This document shows positions 1 through 64,000 of a stretch of DNA of 64,000 nt, piece by piece. Positions within the stretch are counted from its first letter, which is position 1, and each line of letters starts with the position of its first letter. The DNA comes from the human T2T-CHM13v2.0 reference genome, Homo sapiens, in NCBI RefSeq assembly GCF_009914755.1, contig NC_060935.1. One strand, 5' to 3'. Below the pieces are notes generated by a model, which did not search any database, had not been told where the DNA came from, and was given only the letters and a program-made list of their open reading frames with translations. Made by a program: the position numbers and the translations under genes.

Positions 1-935
<935 letters not shown>

Positions 936-1452
936 GAACATCCAGCAGCTCCTCACACAGTTCCAGAGTCAGTCCCAGGGGATTCTCCCTGCTTGTGAGT
1001 CTCCTCCTTGCCTTCCCCAGCAAGGAGTCCCCATCCTTGCCTTCATATAGGATGGTTCACCATCCTATATGAACCATTTTCGTGTTGTTACGGAACTTTT
1101 CTTGGCGCTGTCATCTCCATTAGAGGGTTTCTGTGATGTCACCCAAGGTATTGTAGGTATTTCAGGTTTCAAGATTATTTTATGTCCTTCAGTCATGAGG
1201 TAGCTTCAATTAATGTCTAACAGCAAGTTAGTAAATGCCCCTCCAATGGAAATTTTCTAGTCCAAAGTCCCAGGTAGACTGGGTGTGATGGCTCATGCCT
1301 GTAATCCCAGCACTTTGGGAGGCCATAGTGAGAGGATTGCCTGAGTCTAGGAGTTTGAGACCAGCCTGGGCAATATGATTAAACCCTATCTCTACTACAA
1401 ATACAAAAATTAGCTGGGCATGGTGGTGTGTGCCTGTAGTCCCAGCTACTCA

Positions 1453-1680
<228 letters not shown>

Positions 1681-3024
1681 TCAAATGGCTTGTGTTCAAA
1701 TCTGATGAGCTGCTCCGTCTGAGACATTTGACTTGGCATGTAGACGAGGAAAGGAACAGGGACCTTTCTCAGGGTACACAGACCCTACAGTGACTTTTAC
1801 CCAGTCCAGCAGTCCAGCTGTCCCCTTGGGAGTCACCTCCTGCGTGTCTGAATCAGGGACAGCTCCCCGTGATTGTCCCATGGTGAGCTGCGGGTGCTGT
1901 GTCAACCCAAACACACTCTTCCACCCTGCAGCATTTAAAACTGAAGACACTGATCCTAAATCAGCTACTGCCAGAATCCATTTTCCTAAAGGCGCCCCAG
2001 GAAGCAGAAAACATGGAGCTACAAAATGAAACCCTTCCGTCACACTCCACGGCCTGGCTTTGGCAGTCGCTTGGTTCTGTCCTCCCTGCTGTGGACCACC
2101 TTGTTGGTGACCAGAGTTCTCAGAGGCACTTTCTGTTATTCCTGCGTCATTTTGCCCTTGGGAGTCAGCTCTGAGGCTAGCAGCCTGTCGTCCAAAAGGC
2201 CACCAGGATGGCCAGATAGTAGAAAGAGCTGGACTGGTGATTTCAGCTTGCAAATCAGGGAGAGGTCATCTCCGGTGTGGACTGAAGGTTTGCTGTCTTC
2301 CAAGAGGGAAAGGGCAGGTGAGGTTGATGACTCACAGGGCCCGTATCACACAGCAGAGTCACACGTATTCAGCAGGTTTGGAGGAAAAGCTATATTTGTT
2401 CATAATGGGGGTTGAGTGCACGTGCGATGGGTAAACATGCATGTAACATACATTCCATGTTCACTTTGGGGTGGGGCTCTGGCTTTAAAATGAGGTGGAA
2501 TGTGGCTCTTTTCATCAAAATGTGAGCTATAAGGCTGGGTGTGGTGGCTCACGCCTGTAATTCCAACACTTTGGAAGGCTGAGGTGGGAGGACTGCTTGA
2601 GGCCAGGAGTTCAAGACCGACCTGGGCAACATAACAAAACCCTGTCTCTACAAAAAAAAAATTAAAAAAATTAAAAAGAAAAAGGGCAGGGCTGGGCACG
2701 GTGGCTCATGTCTGTAATCCCAACACTTTGGGAGGCCAAGGTGGGCAGATCATTTGAGGTTGGGAGTTTGACACCAGCCTGGCCAACATGGTGAAGCCCC
2801 ATTTCTACTAAAAATACAAAAATTAGCTGGGTGTGGTGGTGAGCACCTGTAGTCCCAGCTCCTCAGGAGGCTGAGGCAGGAGAATAGCTTGAACCTGGGA
2901 GGTGGAGCTTGCAGTGAGCCAAGATCATGCCATGGCCCTCCAGCCTGGCCCACAGAGCCACCATCTCAGAAACAAAATGAAACGAAACAAAACGAAACAA
3001 AACAAAACAAAAAAAGAGGGAGGG

Positions 3025-3745
3025 TACAGTCACATTGTTTTGAGGTCTTGGTTAAACCTACTGAATCCACACGTTGCATGTGAAAAGGAGGCAGAGGAAC
3101 AGTCCATTATGTATTCTTCTCGAGCTCAATAAAACTACATTTTTATGAGAAAGAAGTCAAATATGCATTGAGGTGGGTGGTGATGGCAGGTATCTTTTCT
3201 TTCTTTCCTTCCTTCCTTCCTTCTTTCCTTTCTTTCCTTCCCTTCCCTTCCTCCCCTCCTCCCTCCCTCTCTCTCTCTCTCTTTCTTTCCAATCTCGACT
3301 CACCGCAACCTCTGCCTCCCGGGTTCAAGCGATTCTTCTGCCTCAGCCTCCTGAGTAGCTGGGATTACAGGCATGTGCCACCACGCCTGGCTAATTTTGT
3401 ATTTTTAGTAGAGATGGGGTTTCTCCATGTTAGTCAGGCTGGTTTCGAACTCCAACCTCAGGTGATCTGCCTGCCTCAGCCTCCCAAAGTGCTGGGATTA
3501 CAGGCGTGAGCCACTGCGCCCGGCCAGTGGGAACCATTTCTAGTCTCCTCTTGTTCCATGCCTGTGAAGATAAGCTGTTAATTGACATTGTCAGGGTGGC
3601 CTCTCTTCACGGGTGGCCTCTTATCTTGTTGCTCTGTGTTTAGGAACAAAAGGAAAGGCAGGATTTGTGTCACTTGGCTTCCCAGCTTAGCCCTTCCCTT
3701 TGGCATAGCAGGTTTGGGGTCTCCAGATTTTATTTTCCTTTCACA
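3025..3745 (-). mobile_element. MER4-group ERV1 LTR, interrupted by an Alu
   Basis: Ends agatttattttcctttcaca, the reverse of the MER4-type 5' end tgtgaaaggaaaataaatct. Confidence 0.6.
3193..3290 (+). repeat. Polypyrimidine (CCTT/CT)n tract at a truncated Alu
   Basis: ttccttccttcc...ctctctct run. Confidence 0.85.
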
Positions 3746-3749
3746 ATTC

Positions 3750-5025
<1,276 letters not shown>

Positions 5026-7762
5026 CGGTTGTCTGATGTGAGCCGGTTTTATTTTTGTGAGCAAGTGATAAAATCTTAGAGTAAAGCCCCCAAGGGCTAG
5101 GGCTTATTTGTTATGGTTGCAGAATGTACCCTGTGCTGACAAACACACCAGGGGATTCTAAAGCGCCGTCAGGGACCTGGTGTGGTGGCCCATGCCTGTC
5201 ATCCCAGCACTTTAGGTGGCCCAGGAGGGAGGACTGCTTGAGGCTAGGAGTTTGAGACAAGCCTGGGCAACATAGTAAGGACCCATCTCTACAAAAAAAA
5301 TACAAAAATTAGCTGGGCCTGGTGGCACACACCTGTGGTCCCAGCTACTCGGGAGGCTGAGGTGAGAGGGTCACTTGAGCCCAGGAGTTGGAGGTTAACG
5401 GTGAGCTATGATTGTGCCACTGCACTCCAGCCTGGGTGACAGAGCAAGACCCCATCTCTAAAATAAAATAAATAAAAATAAAGTGCAGCCAGGGGTGAGA
5501 CTCACCAGAACCTCTGTGCCGTTCAGTTTCTTCATGTGTAAGATGTGAAAAGTCCCAGAGCCTCTGTCACAAGGCCCTTCCTAGGAAGGGGGTTAGGTGA
5601 ATTGCACAGGTTGTGCCTGGTCCAGTGCTCTGCACATAGAAACGCTCAACAAACATCACTGTGAGCTCCTTCAGCAGTCAGGGACCTTCCTACTCCACTG
5701 GACCCAGAAGCACTGGGCACCACACTCTCTGTTCCTCTTTTATTTTTTCCTTTCTTCTTTCTTTTTCTTTCTTTCTTTCTTTTTTTTTTTTTTTTTTTTT
5801 TTTGGACAGTGTCTCACTCTGTCACCCAGGCTGGAGTGCAGTGGTGCAATCTTGGTTCACTCCATCCCCGAGGCTCAAGGGATCCTCCCTCCTCAGCCTC
5901 CCAAGTAGATGGAACTACACGTGTGCACCACCACACCTGGCTAGTTAATTTTTTTTTTTTTAGAGAAGAAGTCTCCCTAAGTTGTTCAGGCTAGTCTCGA
6001 ACTCCTGAGCTCAAGAGATCCACATGCCTCAGCCTCCTAAAGTGCTGGGATTACAGGTGTAAGCCACCGTGCCTGGCCTGTTTCTCTTTTATTTTTTGAA
6101 ACAAACAAGTTCTTACTTTGTCTCCCAGGCTGGAGTGCAGTGGGGTGAACACAAGCTCATTGCAGCCTCGACCTCCCTGGCTCAAGCGATCCTCCCTCCT
6201 CAGCCTCCCAAGTAGCTGGGACTACAGGCATGTGCCACCATGCCAGGCTAACTTTCATATTTTTTGTAGATATGGGGTTTCTTCATGTTGCCCAGGCTGG
6301 TCTTGAACCCCTCAGCTGAAGCAATCCACCCATCTCGGCCTCCTGAAGTGCTGGGATTACAGGTGTGAGCCACTGTGCCCGGCTTTCCATGTTCCTTTGT
6401 CTACTCAGGGAAAGGACTGCATCTTCTCACCCTTTGTCCATTTCTTCTTTGTCCTGCTGAGTCATGGCAGCCCTCGTGCCATATGATTTTATTTTACACA
6501 ACTGTATTCCATCCATCAGTTCCTTTGAGTGTTGGCCTGGTTCTGGAGGGAGGACCTCTGTGTCTCCTGGTAGCATCACCCGGAAGAAGAAAAGAAGGAA
6601 GCAAGATGGCGCCTTTCAGGAACACAAGTCAGCCAGGGTTTCTGCACCATTCCTGGTCTATGCCCCGGGAGCCAGGGCCTCGACTCTGCAGAGCCCAGTC
6701 ACGGGAAGAGGTGTCCGTGCAGGAAGTGGGTTGGAGAGCACCCAGCCTTCCAGGTGTGCTTCTCTCTCTTTTTTTTTTTTGAGACAGAGTCTCGCTCTTG
6801 TTGCTCAGGCTGGAGTGCAATGGTGCGATCTTGGCTCACTGCAACCTGCGCTCCTGAGTTCAAGCGATTCTCCTGCCTCAGCCTCCCGAGCAGCTGGGAT
6901 TACAGGCGCCCACCACCACACCCAGCTAATTTTTTGTATTTTTAGTAGAGATGGGGTTTCACCACGTTGGCCAGGCTGGTCTCGAACTCCTGACCTCAGG
7001 TGATCCACCCACCTTGGCCTCCTAAAGTTCTGGGATTACAGGCATGAGCCCCCGCTCCCAGCCCCAGGTGTGCTTCTCTTATCTCTGTGAGCCACCACAA
7101 GCTTGTGGCCTGCCTTGGAAGTGGCTAAGGCCCCAGGAGTCTGAGGCCCCCAGGGTGTGGAGATGCTGGGAGAGAATCACAAGCAGCTGCTGTCCCTCCT
7201 GGGCCCCTGATGCAGCCCCTTCCTGGATCTTTTAGATAACACCAAGCCCCCCGCACGCATTGCAGTACAATGACATGCTTGATGCCTCCAGAGCTATGTC
7301 TGGCCTGTCTGGGACTTGGTCTCTTCTGCAAAGCTCCTGGGGCATCAGTCTTGCCTGACACTGACCTTCCTGAGTTGGCCCAGGATCCCACCGACATCTG
7401 CACCTCACTGAAGAGGCAATACCAGCCCACCTTGGGAACCAACCTCTGGCTCATCAGCTGCGAGGAATTAGGGATTCTGAGAGAGAATTCATTCATTCAC
7501 AGAGTGCTAACTGCATACCCAGGGTGGTAGTTGATGCTGAGCAAACAGGAGTGAATAAAATGGATAGATGCCCCCTGCCAGAGCTGACAGCCTAGCAGGG
7601 CAGGGAGGAAGATGGGAAGCCTGTGAACATATGAATAACATTTGCTGACCCAGGAAGGGACAGACAGCGAGCAGACAGTGACCTGGGGAGGCACCTACTG
7701 AGATGGAATGGTCTGGGCCCCATCCAAGCTAGAGAGGAGGATCTATAGCAGCTACACACTTA

Positions 7763-8036
<274 letters not shown>

Positions 8037-8243
8037 TCAAAAAAAACCAAAACACTTATTTCATATTCAAAAAAATATTCTAACTTAATTAATTAATTTT
8101 ATTTATTTTTTTGAGACGGAGTCCTGCTCTGGAGTGCAGTGGCACCATCTCAGCTTACTGCAACTTCCATCTCCCAGGTTTAAGCAATTCTTTTGCCTCA
8201 GCCTCCTGAGTAGCTGAGATTACAGGCACACACCAGCATGCCC

Positions 8244-8274
<31 letters not shown>

Positions 8275-8895
8275 GTATTTTTAGTAGAGATGGGGTTTTG
8301 CCATGTTGGCCAGGCTGGTCTTGAACTCCTGACCTCAGGTGATCTGCCTGCCTCAGCTTCCCAAAGTGCTGGGATTACAGGCGTGTGCTACCACACCCGG
8401 CCTCTAACTTAATTTAATTTTATTATTATTATTTTTAGAGACAGGGTCTTGCAGTGTTGCCCCAGCTGGACTCAAAACTCCTGGGCTCAAGTGATCCTGC
8501 TGCCGTAGCCTCCTGAGTGGCTGGGACCACAGGACGCATCTTATCCCATGAAGACTTGCTATGCTTTGAATGTCCCTTTGGAAGGGGAAGACTGCCTTCC
8601 ACCCTCTGAAGATTTGCTGAAAATCAAATGTCAAAAGACAGATTAATAGGAGAAAAGGCATACAAATTTATTATGTGGGTGAGGGAGACTCATGCCATGA
8701 TTACCATAACCCCGCAATGGGGTATAGGAGATTATACCCCCTCTTTTCCTAGAGGAGGGAGGAGATGGGGAATATGGACGATTCTTCTGAGGGGCAGCAA
8801 ATGGTTATTAGGGAAAAAGAACGGACCCAGGAGACAGAAATTAACTTGTAAATGATTCTCTCTGGAGTCTGAACGAGCCCAAGAGGCAGGCATGA

Positions 8896-9265
<370 letters not shown>

Positions 9266-9437
9266 TGACTTAACAGGGAGGGGGTAGGAGGGGCCCTATT
9301 TGGAACGTCCAAAAGTTAGTTTGAGGTCAAAACCAGACTGCATTTAGAATTTGAAATTTGATTTTGGGAAGTTTGTTACGTATAAAAGGTTTGAAACACT
9401 TGATATCAAAATAAGAAAGGTTTAAAACACTTGATCA

Positions 9438-9804
<367 letters not shown>

Positions 9805-10284
9805 TTAGCCAAAATGACAATTAAAAGATGTCAGAAAGCAAAATCTTTACTTTTTGATAGAGAGGAGATTGAGTTTTCTAAACAATCAAAAGACCTAACA
9901 AAGACAGCAAGAGGGACATGCTGACCCCCCTGCCTTTTTTTTTGTCGGTTTACTCAAAAGGTGAAGACAAAATTTACTATTTCTTATTAATACCACATGA
10001 AAATCTTGTTCAAAAGAAAACAAGTTCTATCCTTGCATCGGTATATTACTGTATGTTAAAGCTGATTTTATTTTATTGCATTTTATTTTATTTTTTTGAC
10101 ACAGAGTTTCACTCTTGTTGCCAAAGTGCTGGGATTACAGGCGTGAGCCACAGCTCCCGGCCTAAAACTAATTTTAATAACAGCTTAAAAATAGATCTGT
10201 CCAGGCCAGGCACGGTGGCTCATGCCTGTAATCCTAGCACTTTGGGAGGCTGAGGCTGGCAGATCACTTGAGGCTGGGAGTTCA

Positions 10285-10515
<231 letters not shown>

Positions 10516-10976
10516 TCATCCAATCTTAATCAGCTTTGACCACACAAGATTTCCACAAACCTTTTATAACCTCTTACAAAAACCTTTTTGAGTCTGTTTC
10601 TCCAACTTTCTATATCTATTGTTTTATTTTTCACTTTTTCAATTTAAAACAACCTTTAAATAACCTGTAAACTAGACAAAATTACTTTTCCTTTAACAAA
10701 ACTGCATTCTCATGTTTTTTTGTAACCCTCCTTACCAAAAACACACCCTATTTTCTCTGTACACTTTGCATACAGAATTTGTTTTTCTTTTATCTGGTTT
10801 TTCTTATTGGGTTGTGTGTGTGTTTTTTTAACAGGGTCTTACTCTGCTGCCCAGGCTGGAGTGCAGTGGTATAATCACAGCTCACCTCAGCCTCAACCTC
10901 TCAGGCTCAAGCCATCCTCTTGCCTCAGTCTCCCTACTAGCTAGGACTACAGGTATGCACCACTACACCCATCTAA

Positions 10977-11150
<174 letters not shown>

Positions 11151-11471
11151 TAGTAACTCTGATTTCCAGTGAAAAACCTAGGGGGTAAGCAATTTTAATT
11201 GTTATGTACCAGGTTCATAGCCCAAGACAGAGACAGAGCTGTGAGGACATGGCTGGAGGGTCCAACCCCTCCCAGCATGGTCAGGAGGCAGAGCTGGGCC
11301 AGGGAGGATGGGACGATATTGGGCTTAGCTCTGCTCAGCAGCTGCTGGCCTAGGCACTGAGGACACGCATATGTCACCAGGACTTACCATGGCCACCTGC
11401 CTAAAGCCTAGAATCTAAAAGCTCAAAACCAAAGACATGACGTCACAGACAAACAAGTATTAAAAATATCA

Positions 11472-11818
<347 letters not shown>

Positions 11819-12190
11819 TTATGACCTTAAAACATCTAACCAAGATTGTATAAATTACTCTGACCTATAGACCCAGGCAGAAATGTTTGAAATTCTGCAG
11901 ATATTTTTATCTTATTTTACCAGAAGTTATTAAGTTTATTTCATTTTATTTTTTAGCCTTTTATTTTTCATCTAACTACTTTCTGTGAGTTTTTAAAATT
12001 TTAAATAGAGGTAGGGTCTTGTGTTGCCCAGGCTGGTCTCAAACTCCTGGCTTCAAGCGATCCTCCCACTTCGGCCTCCCAAAGTGCTGGGATTACAGGT
12101 GTGAACCACCATGCCTGGGCACCAACAGTTTTAAAACTAGTTTCATTTATCAAAGATTACTAAAGTCATGTGAACTTGAAAAGCATTTAG

Positions 12191-12551
<361 letters not shown>

Positions 12552-12869
12552 TAGACAGTATACCAACAGACATGTATACACATGTATTAATACAAATACA
12601 AACAAACATAAATACAAATCTTATAGCTTTGATTTTTAAATTTTAGCCACAAGATAGGCAAAACTCACTGGTTTAAAAGGACAGTTAGACTAAATTATGC
12701 CACTGTAAATGGAACAAGTTATAGCTGAAGCCCTTACAGAGTTTTTGAGAAACCAGGGTAGCAAATTTATATTTCATTCAAAGCACAATGAGAGAAAGTA
12801 AGCATTTTAAAAGGAGCTCAGGTGTGTTAGAGGAAGATTAAAAATGAATGCCAAGATAACACAAAATCA

Positions 12870-13181
<312 letters not shown>

Positions 13182-13214
13182 TCAGCCCAGGCAACAAGAG
13201 CGAAATTCTGTCTC

Positions 13215-13260
<46 letters not shown>

Positions 13261-13814
13261 GGGTGCAGTGGCTCATGCCTGTAATCTCAGCACTTTGTGA
13301 GGCTGAGGTGGGCCGATCAGTTGAGCCCAGGAATTTGAGACCAGCCGGGGCAACATGGCAAAACCCTGTCTCTACCAAAAAACCATAAAAAATTAGCCAG
13401 GTGTGATGGTGCGTGTCTATAGTCCCAGCTACTTGGGAGGCTGAGGTGAGAGGATCCCTTGACCCCAGGAGGTGAAGGTTGCAGTGAGTCGGGATGGGCC
13501 CACACACAGTATGTATATGTGTGTAAATAGATACATAGTTTCTAGTTTAATTTCTATTTTCCAACTGGACCAATGAGCTCAGGGTGGAGTCCATTACCAA
13601 ACAGAACCAACAAAGCTTTTGCAGTTTCCAGGGCCGGATACTTATTTATGCAAAAAACAGGTGTAGCTGGAGGGCAGAGCATCTAGACCCCCAGAAATGA
13701 AGGATTCCATTTTTACACTGAAACTTGGGTCCCCGATAAGAAGGAAATGCTCTAGGACCGGCCTCCACAGAGCTTCCACAAGCAGCACACTGAAAAGGCA
13801 TCCCCCAAGGCTGA

Positions 13815-14469
<655 letters not shown>

Positions 14470-14950
14470 TAGAAAGTCACAAAGAAACAAGAAGCCCCTG
14501 CAGTAATAACTATTCACTGCAACCACCGTCAGCCACCTCCAAAATTGTAGCCCTTGCCAGTGACTTGCCAGTTGCCGCACACACAGAGGTCAAGCGCTCT
14601 CTCACAGTACAAAATAATCCTGGGTATCTCAAAAGCCAAAGAGATCTGGTAACTCAATGCAGAAGACAGCAGCCCTTTAGACCTGAGGGTCTTGGGAGCT
14701 CATGACTCTTGGGGCTCCACAAGGAAAACAGAAAACCCCAAATAGGGGATGTGCAAGGCACCTTTTTCTATGTTCTTCAAGGGGTCTCAGGGCTGCTAGA
14801 AGTCTCCCCTAGATTTCTTCATGTGGTATCAAAGATGGCAAAAGGAAGGAGTCTTAGAAGAGCAAATTTGGGGAAATTTTAAGTTTTCTAAAAGGTAAAT
14901 GAAATTCTGCATTTTTCTCAGCAAAAATCATGTCAACATGTGGTGGCTCA

Positions 14951-15416
<466 letters not shown>

Positions 15417-15591
15417 TGAGTATCTGGGATTACAGGCATGCGCCACCACACCTGGCTAATTTTGTATTTTTAGTAGAGACGGGGTTTCCCCATGTTGGTC
15501 AGGCTGGTCTCGAACCCCCGACCTCAGGTGATCCGTCCACCTTGGCCTCCCAAAGTGCTGGGATTACAGGCATGAGCCACAGCACCAGGCC

Positions 15592-16335
15592 TGTTCTGTC
15601 CCCATTAAACACTCACCTCCTACTCCTCCCTCCTCCAGCTCCTGGCACCCACCATCCTACTACTTTCTGCTGCTGGAATTCGACTACTCTAGGGACCTCA
15701 TGTAAGCAGAAACATACAAATGCTTGTCTTTTTGTGTCTGGCTTCTCTCACTGAGCACAGTGTCTTCAAGGTTCATCCGTGTTGTGACATGCATAAGAAT
15801 TTCCTTCCCTTCTATGGCTGAATGATATTCCATTGTGTGGATGGACCACATTTTGTTGATCCTTCCATCCATGGATGGACACTTGGGTTGCTTCCACCTT
15901 TTGGCCATTGTGAACAGTGCTGCTACGAACATGGTTGTACAAATGTCTCTTCAAGACCTTGCTGTTGGCCGGGTGTCATGGTTCATGCCTGTAATCCCAG
16001 CACTTTGGGAGGCTGAGGCGGTGGATCACCTGAGGTCCGGAGTTCAAGACCAGCCTGGCCAACATGGTGAAAACCCGTCTCTACTAAAAATACAAAAAAT
16101 TAGCCGGGTGTGGTGGTGCACGCCTGTAATCCCAGCTACTCAGGAGGCTGAGGCACGACAATCACTTGAACCCAGGAGGTGGAGGTTGCAGTGGGTCGAG
16201 ATCACACCACTGCACTCCAGCCTGGGCAACAAGAGCAAAATTCCATCTTAAAAAAAAAAGACCCTGTTGTCAATTCCTTTGTGTATAGCCCCAGAAGTGG
16301 AACTGCTGGATCGTGTGATAATTTGAGGAAACTTG
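15592..16335 (-). mobile_element. L1M (L1MB-like) 3' fragment with ORF2 C-terminus, interrupted by an Alu
   Basis: Track ORF 15684..15932 MFVAALFTMAKRWKQPKCPS...MWSIHTMEY is the L1 ORF2p C-terminal segment. Confidence 0.88.
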
Positions 16336-16340
16336 TCTAG

Positions 16341-16764
<424 letters not shown>

Positions 16765-16779
16765 TAGGTAATACAAATA

Positions 16780-16978
16780 GTGAACACTGACTGAGCACTT
16801 GCTGTGGGTGGCTTGCTAACTGCTGGATTCCTCACAGCAACGCATTAGGTTTGGTGCTAGGATGACCCCCATTTGACAGATGAGACAGGGGCTGGGTAAC
16901 TTGCTCAAGATCACACCCAGCTCACTGCGGTGGGTCTGGGATTCACACTCAGCTCTCTAGCTGCAGAACCCATGCTTA
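16780..16978 (-). mobile_element. MIR fragment
   Basis: ccccatttgacagatgagacag...taacttgctcaagatcacac...ctgggattcacactcag. Confidence 0.7.
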
Positions 16979-17463
16979 CACCCCACCCCACCACCAAGCT
17001 GAACTGCCTGACTGCAGCAGGAGTCTCCAGAACCTGTTTTTTATTTCAAGCATAGTAAGAAATGGAGATGTGCTTATGTCAAAGAATATGGAATAGGCCA
17101 ACGATTCCCGTCTTAAACATCCTATAACCTCCACATAGAACAGAGACCACACGAGACGCTGCTGGGCTGGCTGGGAGAGAACCTAGAGAGGGGGTGGGTA
17201 AGGGGAAAGGATGCGAGGCCTCATGATTCTAGAGACATCACTTTCAGATGGAGATAGCATGAGCTACCGCATTTAGAAATTTATTACTTCCAGATGTGGC
17301 TGCATTAAAGACGCAAGCACACCACAGCCCCAGGTCCCTCCCACCACCCCCAGCTTCGCTCCAACCCATGTGGAGCCCTGGAGGCCTGACTCTCTGGGTT
17401 CTCACGTCTCCAAATTCAGGATGCCCGGGATGGGCGGGACCAGGAGCGCTCAGCCCACTGGGC

Positions 17464-17482
17464 TGGCGCCCCCTGCTGCACG
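17464..17482 (-). promoter_or_regulatory. Candidate CTCF binding site
   Basis: Minus strand reads CGTGCAGCAGGGGGCGCCA, a close match to the CTCF core CCASYAGRKGGCRS. Confidence 0.55.
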
Positions 17483-18463
17483 CGGAGAACACGATGGGGG
17501 AGCTGGGCCAGCACCTACCAGGGCGCTGGGCACCTGAGGGGTTTTCTTATCTCCAGATCTCAGAGCGACTCCCTGTAGGACTCCTGGGGAAAATACTTAG
17601 CCGGGTCGGATTACAGGTTTGTATCTTGTCACTTGAAGCCCTAACTCTTCTTTTGGAGGATGGCTCTGTCTTTGTGAATGAACCAAACCAGGGGCCTGGC
17701 ATCATCTGAGAGCCCCTCATCCCCACGCCCAGGCCCTTCCCTTTGCTGGTTCCTTCGCTACTCTGGCTCCAGGACCCTGTCCCTTCTCACCTGGGTAGCT
17801 CCCAGCAGGCCCTGCTGCCTGCCTCAGCCACCCCTATCGATCCCAGCAGCCCAAGCCCTCTGGGTCTGCCTGCTACTTCCAAGACTGAGTTCAGCACAGC
17901 CTGGGCCTCTGCTCTGTCCCTGCTGTTGTCAGCTCCCAGAATGTGCTGTGCCCACTCCCCAGCTGTCCCTCCTCCTGTCCTGCCCAGCCCTCCTGGATCC
18001 CTGCTGCGCTGTGTCACTCCCCCTGCACTGTGATCCCTGCCCCTGCTCGACTGTGTGAGGCAGAAGGGCCAGGAGCAGGGACCCGAGGCCACCTGCTCTG
18101 AACCCCAGCCTTACAAAAGCCCCGCTGGCGACAGATCTGTTTCGATTACTCAGATGGAATTTGCTGTTCTTGTCCATCTCGTGGAATCTAGGTTGCGCCT
18201 CTCTTGATGTCAGCTCCAAGTCCCAGCTGCGTCCCCGCCCCACTCCCCTGGGCCCTGCCGCCGCCACATGGGGTGGAGGGCTGCCAAGAATACTATTTAT
18301 CCAGCCCTGGGAGGGCCATGCTTGTCATTCTCCCCGAGTTCCTGTTTTCTCTGGCTCGGGGGCCTGGTGCTTACAGACATGCTGCTACAGTTAAACTATC
18401 TACAACAGGCATGCACGGCTTTAAACCAGAACACAGAAACCTGGTCTCCTTGGGAAGCAGGAG

Positions 18464-18469
18464 TTTATT
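18464..18469 (-). terminator. MRPL21 polyadenylation signal AATAAA (very short 3' UTR)
   Basis: TTTATT on + about 30 nt past the stop, followed on the minus strand by GT-rich gtttctgtgttctggttt (downstream element). Confidence 0.8.
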
Positions 18470-18499
18470 TTTATCCTTTTGTAAGTATTAACTCGGTAA

Positions 18500-30939
<12,440 letters not shown>

Positions 30940-31060
30940 GGCCGCAGCCTCGGCCGGAAACGGAAACGACGCGAACCGCGTGCGTAACGCACGGGCCCGG
31001 CGGGGAACACCGGTCCGCTGTAACACCGGCCCGGCGCAGAAGCGGGACGTCGGCTTCTAG

Positions 31061-64000
<32,940 letters not shown>

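Noticed and set aside
1696-2415. 185-aa and 129-aa ORFs in the intergenic region
   Set aside because: No recognisable protein similarity or splice structure; the region looks like decayed LTR/ERV sequence.
13216-13257. Uninterrupted 42-nt poly(A) suggesting a very recent insertion
   Set aside because: The attached Alu is diverged and composite, so slippage expansion is more likely than recent retrotransposition.

Overview
This is human-type genomic DNA (about 65 Alu copies plus L1, L2, MIR, ERV1/MaLR LTRs and hAT MER elements) covering the head-to-head gene pair MRPL21 and IGHMBP2, recognised as the 11q13.3 locus. MRPL21 is on the minus strand and complete: 7 coding exons over 18500-30939, totalling 618 nt and 205 aa, all GT-AG, with a poly(A) signal about 30 nt past the stop. 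IGHMBP2 is on the plus strand and encodes an SF1/Upf1-like helicase. Exons 1-12 are complete and exon 13 (with the R3H domain) runs off the window. The two start codons are 142 nt apart in a CpG-island bidirectional promoter. The first ~17 kb is intergenic and almost entirely nested retroelements. Nearly all ORFs in the supplied track are Alu, VNTR or low-complexity artefacts. I find no evidence for a wholly new gene or system. The best leads are a latent frameshifting pseudoexon in IGHMBP2 intron 8, an antisense MER52-like LTR with promoter-like motifs, a G-rich CpG-rich 40-bp VNTR in MRPL21 intron 6, an unusual reading-frame symmetry in the shared promoter, and Alu pairs positioned for an in-frame exon 3-7 deletion. 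Repeat family names and literature or variant statements come from memory, not from a search.
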